NCBI GenBank assembly: GCA_044222475.1
Contig: JBGANF010000107.1
Coordinates: 1-27,323, forward strand
Source of the DNA: Polyangiaceae bacterium
GTDB lineage: Bacteria > Myxococcota_A > Polyangia > Polyangiales > Polyangiaceae
Length of the DNA: 27,323 nucleotides
Direction: 5' to 3'
Shown here: positions 1 to 7,248 of the stretch, in pieces
Layout of the letters: each line of letters starts with the position of its first letter
Position numbering within the stretch: position 1 is the stretch's first letter
Notes under the pieces: model-generated
What the model saw: the letters and a program-made list of their open reading frames with translations, nothing else
Database searches by the model: none
Told to the model about the DNA's origin: nothing
Made by a program: the position numbers and the translations under genes

Positions 1-1
1 G

Positions 2-454
2 ATGATCATCCGACTGACTACGCTCGAGGACCTGCAAAAGATCCCTGTATCGAGCCTGACTTCACGGGAGGTTCGCGTAGTCTCTCTGGCGATGCGCCTT
101 CCAGCACTCGCACTGCGAGGCGGTGAACCGCCTGGTCCGGACGTTGATGCCGAGGCCTCGATCCTCTCCGCCGTGTTGCTCGACACGGCATCGCTCGACA
201 CGTGCGTGACTCTCGGTCTACGCGCTGCGGATTTCCATTGCAGTGAGAACCGAAGTGTCTACGAAGCGGCCGTCCACTTGCGCCGATCGAAGTGCACCGT
301 AGACGTCGTCACCGTGGGAACCTGGCTCAAGAATCGCGGCCGATTCGCCAGCGTCGGCGGCATGGCCTACCTCGCTGCGATTCTCAGCGTTCCGAGCGAA
401 GCGTCGCTCCGGGAGAACGTAGCCACGGTTCTCGCGCGCTCACCACGACGCTGA
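2..454 (+). CDS. DnaB-helicase N-terminal domain-only protein (may be 5'-truncated by the window edge)
   Basis: PPGPDVDAEASILSAVLLD...AADFH...NRSVYEA...VDVVTVGTWLKNRGRFASVGGMAYLAAI matches the DnaB N-terminal helical domain (PP.s.eAEqsvLg..lld / dF / iD.itv...L...g.l..vGG.aYLa.l). A stop follows directly, with no RecA-type ATPase domain. The frame is open to the window edge. Confidence 0.75.
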   Translation: MIIRLTTLEDLQKIPVSSLTSREVRVVSLAMRLPALALRGGEPPGPDVDAEASILSAVLLDTASLDTCVTLGLRAADFHCSENRSVYEAAVHLRRSKCTVDVVTVGTWLKNRGRFASVGGMAYLAAILSVPSEASLRENVATVLARSPRR

Positions 455-474
455 CTCGCGCCTCACTCTCGGGG

Positions 475-1182
475 TCACAGCGGCAGCACTACCTCGCGTG
501 CGTCGCGGTCGAAGCTCTTCACCGCGGTGCCGACGAGCACGTCGAAGGTGACGGTGAACACGACGGGAGCCGTCTTCCACCCCGTGTGGTGAATCGTGAC
601 CGCACCACCAACCTGGACGGGAAGCCGCGCGCGATACGCGGGACTTTGATCGAACGCACGCGCGGCGCGCACCACGTCATAGGGGATGGGCGGCCAAAAC
701 ACGTGCTCGTCGACGCAACGAAGCGCGTCCAGGCAGGCGACGGCGATGAGCGAGTCCGCGACGAGGAAGCCATCGACCTGCCTGCTGATCGACGTATGTA
801 CCTGTCGGGGCGCGCTCGGGGTCGATCCCGTGCTGACGCCACTGGCGACGAGATCGACTTGGTCCTCCGGGAGCCCCAATGGTCGATAGTAGGCGCGGAC
901 CAGAGACTCATGGTCGCTGATCGAGCCGGGATAGCTCTCGGAAACGACCGGCTCGGCGGCGACGCTGCCCAAGGAGCCGCCGGTCGCCTGGGACTCCAGA
1001 TACGCACCGACGCTCCCTTGCGTGCGGTGATACTGATCGACGACGGTATCGAGCTCGACGGTGCCGATGACGACGTGAGTCGTCTTCGCCGTCACGGCGA
1101 ACCCAGGAATGGGCGGATCGACGCTCGGCGACGGGCTGCAACCGACCACCAACGTCAAGACGGCCAACCACGCCGTCTTCAT
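475..1182 (-). CDS. Hypothetical lipoprotein (235 aa)
   Basis: MKTAWLAVLTLVVGC is a signal peptide II with lipobox. The ATG overlaps the TGA of the upstream PhnD-like gene (ATGA at 1179-1182). The ORF-track extension to 1791 is a shadow frame. Confidence 0.7.
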   Translation of the reverse strand: MKTAWLAVLTLVVGCSPSPSVDPPIPGFAVTAKTTHVVIGTVELDTVVDQYHRTQGSVGAYLESQATGGSLGSVAAEPVVSESYPGSISDHESLVRAYYRPLGLPEDQVDLVASGVSTGSTPSAPRQVHTSISRQVDGFLVADSLIAVACLDALRCVDEHVFWPPIPYDVVRAARAFDQSPAYRARLPVQVGGAVTIHHTGWKTAPVVFTVTFDVLVGTAVKSFDRDAREVVLPL

Positions 1183-2162
1183 CCCAGCCGCTTCGGCTGC
1201 GAACGCGGCGCGTCGACCATCACGATGATGTCGTCGAAGGCGTCGGGCAGGGCGATCGGCTGCGTCTGGTCGACCTTTTGGAAGACCGTCTGCACCTCTT
1301 CGATCTCCTCCTCGGCCTCGAGCAAGCCGACACCTGCCGCCTCGAACGCTTGCTCGCGCAGGCTCTCGTAGCTCGCCATCACCGGCTTCTTGAAATCGTC
1401 GGCGCCGAACACTTCGCGGGCGAGCGACTTGCCGCGCTCGCCCTTGGTGATCTGGAAGAGCCCTCGCTCGAGGCGCTCGCGAGTTCGCGCGTCGAGGTCC
1501 GAGCGCATCGCGATCACGTCCGCCGGGATCGACCCGAACGTCGCGAAGACCTGGATCTGGGCAGCGATCTTCGCGTTCGTCGACCACGGCCCGCGGATGA
1601 CGTTGTGGTCCTCGTCGAGGGCGACCCACGTCGCGCCGAAGTCCGCGCGGCCATCGGCGACGGCGGTCGCGACTGCTTCGTGCGTGCCGTAGAACTTCTG
1701 CGAGCCGAAGTCTTCGCGCGGGTCGAGGCCCTGCACCAACAGCTCGATGCGGGGCATCACGAAGCCCGCCGCGCTGTGGCGATCGACCCAAGCCGCGCGC
1801 TTGCCTTTGAGGTCCTCGATCGACGTGATCGGTGACGACGCGTGGGTGATCAGCGCGCCGTGGTAGCTACCCTTCCCTCCGCGGTACGGGCTCGCGAGCG
1901 CGGTGACGCTGCGACTCCGGTGAAGCGCGATGAACGGGATCGGCGACAGCCACGCGATGTCGATCTCCTTCTTGTGGATCATCTGGGTGACGCGCTCGTA
2001 GCTGGGGAGCGCGGTCAAGGCGATGTCGACGCCGGAGAGCTGGCCGAAGAGCAGCGTGAAGTCGGTCATGTACGTCTTCGCCTTCGCCGTCGCGGTCGGC
2101 GCGGAGTATCCGAAGACAGCGAGGTCGACGCCGGAGCTCGATCGCGACAAGGGCTTCGCCAT
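1179..2162 (-). CDS. PhnD/phosphate-phosphite-phosphonate-type substrate-binding-fold protein (327 aa)
   Basis: Motifs IDIAWLSP, SYHGALIT, SIEDLKGKRAAWVDRHSAAGFVMP, FYGTHEAVATAVADGRADFGA and IPADVIAMR are typical of the Phosphonate-bd family. The start is placed at MAKPLS, which has a -10-like TACCAT 6 nt upstream. Confidence 0.8.
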   Translation of the reverse strand: MAKPLSRSSSGVDLAVFGYSAPTATAKAKTYMTDFTLLFGQLSGVDIALTALPSYERVTQMIHKKEIDIAWLSPIPFIALHRSRSVTALASPYRGGKGSYHGALITHASSPITSIEDLKGKRAAWVDRHSAAGFVMPRIELLVQGLDPREDFGSQKFYGTHEAVATAVADGRADFGATWVALDEDHNVIRGPWSTNAKIAAQIQVFATFGSIPADVIAMRSDLDARTRERLERGLFQITKGERGKSLAREVFGADDFKKPVMASYESLREQAFEAAGVGLLEAEEEIEEVQTVFQKVDQTQPIALPDAFDDIIVMVDAPRSQPKRLG

Positions 2163-2310
2163 GGCGCGATGGTACCTCACTCGCGGGCGAGCGCGAGGGT
2201 GCGCGAAGTGCCGCGGGAAGGGCGGTTTTTCCCGGTGCGCAGTGGTGCCGGTGGGATCCAGGACCGGCCGACCGCGGCGAGCAACTGCGCGATTCCCGGA
2301 GGACGAGCGG

Positions 2311-2326
2311 TGGCGCGCCGATTGCT
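2311..2326 (+). promoter_or_regulatory. Sigma54 (RpoN) -24/-12 promoter
   Basis: TGGCGC-GCCGA-TTGCT matches TGGCRC-N5-TTGCW with exact spacing and ends 14 nt before the ATG at 2341. Confidence 0.65.
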
Positions 2327-2340
2327 CTTCTCTGCTGTCG

Positions 2341-4020
2341 ATGTCCTCCCCGCTCGAGACCCGATCGCGCCTCGTCGCGAGCGCGTTCGCCGTCACGCTC
2401 GTGATCGCCGGAGAGGCGCGCGCGCAGAGCGTCAGCAAGCCGCTCCCCGGAGTGACCCTGGTGAAGGACGCGAACAGCGCGATGGCGATCGCCGACCTCT
2501 GCGCCCCCGGCGTCTCGGTCCGCGCGACGAAGTACAGCGAGCGCAAGGCGACGCCCGAGGCGTGGTCGCAGATCCCCGCCGTCGACGCCGACGTCGCGGT
2601 CAACGCCGACTTCTTCGACTTCCCGGGGTGGACGCTCGTCAACGGGCTCGCGCGCGGCGCGGGTGAAGATTGGCCGCTACAAGGCTACGAGAGCCGACAC
2701 CACTTCCGCTTCGGAGCGAAGATCGCATCGCTGGATCCGGACACGCAGAAGCCGCCGGTGAGCGCGACCGAGGTCGTCGGTTGCCACAACGTGATCATCA
2801 GCGGCGGGAAGTCCGGTGCGCCCAACTTCGACGGCGACGGAGTGCTCGCCGGTGGTCACCGCCGAACGGCGATCGGGCTCTCGACCGATCGCGCGACGCT
2901 GTTCCTGTTCGCGACGAACCTCTCGCTCGACGGCACTGGGCTCGCGAACATCTTCTTGCAGTATGCAAAGATCGGCGGACACTCCGACGTGGACGTCGCT
3001 TGCAACATGGACGGCGGCGGGTCGTCGCAGATGTACGTGCGTGGCCAGGGGCAGATCGTCACGAGCGGCCGCTTGGTGAACAACCACCTCGGCGTGCGCG
3101 CGAAGGGCAGCGGACCTTCGCCGATGTGCCCGAACAGTCGGCCGGTGGGCTACCTCGACTCCGCCACGTGCGACGGCGTGAAGGGCTGGGCGCAGGATCC
3201 CGACGAGGCGACCAAGTCGATCGGCGTGCACCTCTACTTCGGCGGTCCCGCGGGCGCGCCGGGCGCGAGCGCCATCGCGGTCGCGGCCGACGACGATCGC
3301 GCGGACCTGTGCAAGGCGATCGGCTCGTGCAACCACGGCTTCGACTGGCCGATGCCGCTCTCGCTCTTCGACGGGAAGCCGCACGAGATCCACGGGTACG
3401 CCATCGACTCCAAGGGCGGTACCAACCCGGAGCTCGCCCAGAGCCCGAGGACGGCGACGTGCGCGCCGTTCGCGGTGAGCGGAGTGCGGCGGTGGATCAA
3501 GAACCCCGACGTGCTCGCGGCGTGGAAGATGACGTTCTTCGAGCACGTCATGCCGATCGACGACGGCGCGCTGACCAAGCTCCCCGAAGAAGGACCGCTC
3601 CCCGACGCGCCCACGCTGGTGAAGGCCGACGACGGGTCGCCGCAGGTGTGGCTCGTCGAAGGCGGCGTGAAGCGTCACGTTCCGAACCCGACGGTCGCCG
3701 CGCGCTGGCGCTTCGATCTCACGAAGGTCGCTACGTGGACGAAGTCCAAGGTGGACGGGCTGCGCGAGGCGGCTCCGGTGCGCGATCGACCCATCGCGGT
3801 GCGGGGCACCGGACCGGCCGTGTACCTGGTCGATGACTCGTTGACGAGCGCGCCGCTGCCGCCGTCCGCCGACGGCGGGACCGAGGCCGGCGTCGACCCG
3901 AACGCCGGGGGCGACGGCGGTTGCAGCCAAGGCGGGGGCGGAGCGAGCGCGGCGTTCGGCCTCGCGATCGTTCTGCTAGTCTCGTTGCGACGACGATGGG
4001 TCGATCGCTCGCAGCTCTGA
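2341..4020 (+). CDS. Secreted phosphodiester glycosidase (NAGPA/DUF2233-like) family protein with Ig-like domain, repeats and MYXO-CTERM anchor (559 aa)
   Basis: Signal peptide ends in ...AGEARA. NAGPA-family motifs are AVNADFF, HRRTAIG, ACNMDGGGSSQM and RLVNNHLGV. RPVGYLDSATCDGVKGWAQDPD is an Ig-like module. The C-terminal GGC-linker-hydrophobic helix-RRR (3916-3996) is a MYXO-CTERM signal. Confidence 0.8.
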   Translation: MSSPLETRSRLVASAFAVTLVIAGEARAQSVSKPLPGVTLVKDANSAMAIADLCAPGVSVRATKYSERKATPEAWSQIPAVDADVAVNADFFDFPGWTLVNGLARGAGEDWPLQGYESRHHFRFGAKIASLDPDTQKPPVSATEVVGCHNVIISGGKSGAPNFDGDGVLAGGHRRTAIGLSTDRATLFLFATNLSLDGTGLANIFLQYAKIGGHSDVDVACNMDGGGSSQMYVRGQGQIVTSGRLVNNHLGVRAKGSGPSPMCPNSRPVGYLDSATCDGVKGWAQDPDEATKSIGVHLYFGGPAGAPGASAIAVAADDDRADLCKAIGSCNHGFDWPMPLSLFDGKPHEIHGYAIDSKGGTNPELAQSPRTATCAPFAVSGVRRWIKNPDVLAAWKMTFFEHVMPIDDGALTKLPEEGPLPDAPTLVKADDGSPQVWLVEGGVKRHVPNPTVAARWRFDLTKVATWTKSKVDGLREAAPVRDRPIAVRGTGPAVYLVDDSLTSAPLPPSADGGTEAGVDPNAGGDGGCSQGGGGASAAFGLAIVLLVSLRRRWVDRSQL

Positions 4021-4619
4021 CGATCGCCGCCGCGCTTGCATCGAGTGGATGCATCGCCTTTCCCTTCGCGACGCCTCCGATTCGAACCGGCGTGGCGATC
4101 GGTCCGCGCCTCGGCTCCGCCGGCGTCGACGCTCCCATGGTGACCCACCTGGGCGTGCATCCGCTCCAGCTCGATCGCGGGCTGCTCGATCGTCCGTTCG
4201 ACGTCGGGTTCGGCTTCGTCGCCGAGAACGGTGCGAATCGCTCCGCGCGGGGCGCCTACCTCGAAGGCTCGTTCGCGTTCGTGCGCGAGCCGATCGCCCA
4301 CGGCGTCATCGCGCGCGCGAGCGTCGGCCTCCTCTTCCGCATCCTCGAAGAGGACGCCAATCCGCTGCTCGCGCGCGGGATGGGGCTTCGCCTCGCGCTC
4401 GAGCTCTCGACGTATGGCCAGGGGCCGGTCGCGTTCGCCGGGCGGGACGGCGGTTTTCTCGGGTACGCGTTCGGTGAGCTCGGCGCCGGGCTCTTCGTCG
4501 AGGGGAACTACACGCAGTTCGGGATCGACAACGTGGGGCAGCTCGTCATCGGGCTGCAGTTCCGGTTGCCGGCAGCCGTCGGTGTCGCGTGGGCGTACTA
4601 CAAGGGGAAGAAGAAGTGA
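3996..4619 (+). CDS. Hypothetical lipoprotein, possibly outer-membrane beta-barrel-like (207 aa)
   Basis: MGRSLAALTIAAALASSGC lipobox. Many alternating aromatic/Gly beta-strand segments (DVGFGFV, GAYLEGSF, GLFVEGNY, VIGLQFRLP). Overlaps the previous gene by 25 nt. Confidence 0.7.
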   Translation: MGRSLAALTIAAALASSGCIAFPFATPPIRTGVAIGPRLGSAGVDAPMVTHLGVHPLQLDRGLLDRPFDVGFGFVAENGANRSARGAYLEGSFAFVREPIAHGVIARASVGLLFRILEEDANPLLARGMGLRLALELSTYGQGPVAFAGRDGGFLGYAFGELGAGLFVEGNYTQFGIDNVGQLVIGLQFRLPAAVGVAWAYYKGKKK

Positions 4620-4645
4620 GCGCCCCGGACTTCAGTCCGGGGTGC
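4620..4645. repeat. REP-like GC-rich palindrome / bidirectional terminator-like hairpin between convergent genes
   Basis: GCG-CCCCGGAC-TTCA-GTCCGGGG-TGC: a perfect 8-bp core stem with TTCA loop, extendable by 3 pairs including one G-T. It overlaps the stop codon of 4632..5465. Confidence 0.6.
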
Positions 4646-5465
4646 CCCCATCCGTGACTCCAGCAGCAAACACGAACGCCAGCGCCTGCCTCATCAGCTC
4701 GTCGATGTCGGCCGAGTAGTAGTGCCCCGCGTTCTTCATCGTGAGGAAGAGCGCCGGGAATTTTTCGGCCTGCAGGCGCTTCACCGTCTCGCGCTCCCCC
4801 TTGATCTGCGTGCCCCACTCGCCGGCCAGCATCACGACGGCCTTCACGCCTGCCTTGCGTAGCAAGGTGGCGTTCAGCGTGACGTCGGCCTCGGCGAGGA
4901 TCAGGTACGGCCAACGACCCGGGTGCATCGACGCGATGATCGGCGCAGCGTACGCGCCGCGCGAGAACGCGGTGAGCACCGAGCCTTCGCGCGAGATCTC
5001 ACCGGGGTACGCGGCGTCGACGATCGCGATCGCGGCTTCGAGGTCGCGGTCCATGTCGGCGAACGATTCGTCCCAGCTCGAAGGGCCGCCCGGACCGCAG
5101 ACGGTGTTTCCTTCGGGGCAGACCATGAAGCCTTCGTTCGTGCCGGCTTCGAGCCAGTATCCGCACGCGTAGCCCGGCGGGTTGCACATCCCGTGGAGGT
5201 TCACGAGGAGGCGCTGCGGACCGCCGCTCTTCTTCGCGACGGCGTAGTAGACCTTGCGCTTTCCGACGAAGGGGACCTCGTACGGTCCGATCGCGCGGGG
5301 CGCGGGCGGAACGTCCGCCGCGACGTCGACCGCGGTGTCGACCGATGCGTCCCGTGCCGCGACTTCACCGGCGTCGATCGACGGCGCGGGCGCACTCGAC
5401 GGAGCACTGGACGTCCTACTGCACGCCACGGCAACCACGAGCGAGATCGCGAAGAAGCGCCTCAT
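4632..5465 (-). CDS. Alpha/beta-hydrolase (esterase-like) lipoprotein (277 aa)
   Basis: MRRFFAISLVVAVAC lipobox followed by a Pro/Ala linker. Oxyanion motif LVNLHGM, nucleophile elbow AFSRG and catalytic His in NAGHYY. Confidence 0.75.
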   Translation of the reverse strand: MRRFFAISLVVAVACSRTSSAPSSAPAPSIDAGEVAARDASVDTAVDVAADVPPAPRAIGPYEVPFVGKRKVYYAVAKKSGGPQRLLVNLHGMCNPPGYACGYWLEAGTNEGFMVCPEGNTVCGPGGPSSWDESFADMDRDLEAAIAIVDAAYPGEISREGSVLTAFSRGAYAAPIIASMHPGRWPYLILAEADVTLNATLLRKAGVKAVVMLAGEWGTQIKGERETVKRLQAEKFPALFLTMKNAGHYYSADIDELMRQALAFVFAAGVTDGGTPD

Positions 5466-5515
5466 GGATCGTTCATCGCGGGACACACCGAAAGTGTGAC
5501 ACCCCTCGGATCGTG

Positions 5516-7216
5516 TCACTTGATGGGCGGCGGGACGTAGATCTTCTTCACGTTGGAGCCGCCGACGAACGCGTACGAACCGGCCGTGCCGTAGCCGTAG
5601 GCGACGATGCCGAACGGCTTGTCACCCGCCATCGCGTGCGTGCCTTCGGCGAGCGGGCAGCGGCGCGCCTCCCAGTTGACTCCGTCGAGCATCCCGATGG
5701 TCGCGGACGTGCAGCTGCCCCCGATCGGCGTGCCGTCGATCGTGATCGCCGTGTTCTCGGGCATGGAGATGACGACGTAGTTCTTGTTCCACGAGCCGGG
5801 GACGAGGAAGAGGTAGTCCTTGCGGAACTGGTCGATCGCCGGGAACACGCTGAGCGAAGGATCGCCGATGAAGTCTTCGGTGTAGCCCATGCTCACCTGG
5901 ACCTGACCGATCGCGACCGGCTGCGAAGCCTCGGCGATGAAGTCCTTCGTGACCAGGACGTCGCGCGTGGCACCGGGCGCGAGGGTGAACGACGCATCGG
6001 GCGGCGGCAGGTTCGTCGTGATCACGGCCGCGGTGGCGACTCCCATGAAGCGGATGTAGTCCGGCTCGATGTACGAGCTGCCGCGGGGCGGGCTCCGGGT
6101 GATCGTGAACTTCTTTCCGTAGGACTCGACCGGGAGGAGCTGCTCTTCGACGTGATCGAGACAGCAGCTGCTCTGGTTCGGGTCACCCGGGGGAAACGGC
6201 GGGGTCGGCGTCGTGAGGCCGCCGGAGAGCTCGGTCCCGACGAAGACCGCGACCGGCGCGCTCGACGTCACGATCGAACCGGTGAGATCGCCGGGCATGC
6301 CGTCGGTCTCGAGGTTGAGCACGTCGTACGGACCGAGCGTGACCTGGATCGTGCCGCCCTTCGGCGTCGCCGGGATGCCGCCGCCGGCGAGCACCGCTTG
6401 CGAGACCGTCACGTTCACGGTGGTCGCGGTCTTGGTGCCGAGGATCGTGAGGTAGCCGCGATCGATGGGCGAGTTGAAGATCGAGATGGGCTTGCCCGAC
6501 GGCCACGACAGCGCGCGATACGTCTGCCCGAGGCTCGCCGACGGAAGGAGCAGCGACGCGTCGTTCGAGTATTGCGACTTGAGCGCGTTGAACTGGTAGA
6601 CGACGATCGGTTGGAGCGACGAGATGCGGAACGACCGCGACGACAGCATCGTCCCGGGGCCCTCGTTCTGGCCGTTGAGGCTGCCGTCGACCTCGCGCGT
6701 CGGCATGTCGACGACTTGGAGAGCGTTCGGCGCGACGACGATCTTCTTGACGAGCTTCACTTGCGGAGGCTGGCCCTGCGGCGCGTCGTTCTGCTCGATC
6801 ACGACCTCGGTCGGAGAGTCGCCCGCGTTGGAGATGGCGAGGCCCCACGGTGCACCGGCCGCGTCGTTGAACTGATCTTTGTTGTTGTCGAGGTCGACCG
6901 CCCAGAACTCGCAGCCGAGGTTCGACGTCACCGCTTCCGTCGCGGCGCATCCCGAGAGGCACGCACCTTCGAAGCAGACCTCCCCCTTCTTGCTGCAGTC
7001 GCCGACCTTCGCGCCGATGCCGCCGTCGGCTTCGCAGGCGTGGATCTCGCTGCCGACGCACGTCTTCCCGTTCTTGCATCCGTTCGGGTCGGGCAAGCCG
7101 CCGTCGCCGAAGAGCCCGCTGTCGGGCTCGACGAAGCTCTTGCTCGAGCCGCAAGCGGCGACCGCTGCGATGGTGAGGGCGAAGAAAAGAATGCCGCCGA
7201 TCCGCCGTGCGTACAT
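5516..7216 (-). CDS. IgGFc-binding-protein N-terminal domain lipoprotein (566 aa)
   Basis: Lipobox AAVAAC and a Cys-rich N-terminal region. SNLGCEFWAVDLDN, PIVVYQFN, SNDASLLLP, DLTGSIVTSSAPVAVF, DHVEEQLLP, GDPSLS and PFGIVAYGY...SYAFVGG are hallmarks of bacterial IgGFc_binding proteins. Confidence 0.85.
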   Translation of the reverse strand: MYARRIGGILFFALTIAAVAACGSSKSFVEPDSGLFGDGGLPDPNGCKNGKTCVGSEIHACEADGGIGAKVGDCSKKGEVCFEGACLSGCAATEAVTSNLGCEFWAVDLDNNKDQFNDAAGAPWGLAISNAGDSPTEVVIEQNDAPQGQPPQVKLVKKIVVAPNALQVVDMPTREVDGSLNGQNEGPGTMLSSRSFRISSLQPIVVYQFNALKSQYSNDASLLLPSASLGQTYRALSWPSGKPISIFNSPIDRGYLTILGTKTATTVNVTVSQAVLAGGGIPATPKGGTIQVTLGPYDVLNLETDGMPGDLTGSIVTSSAPVAVFVGTELSGGLTTPTPPFPPGDPNQSSCCLDHVEEQLLPVESYGKKFTITRSPPRGSSYIEPDYIRFMGVATAAVITTNLPPPDASFTLAPGATRDVLVTKDFIAEASQPVAIGQVQVSMGYTEDFIGDPSLSVFPAIDQFRKDYLFLVPGSWNKNYVVISMPENTAITIDGTPIGGSCTSATIGMLDGVNWEARRCPLAEGTHAMAGDKPFGIVAYGYGTAGSYAFVGGSNVKKIYVPPPIK

Positions 7217-7248
7217 GGCGAATTCGTAGCACGAATTCCGCGCTGGCG

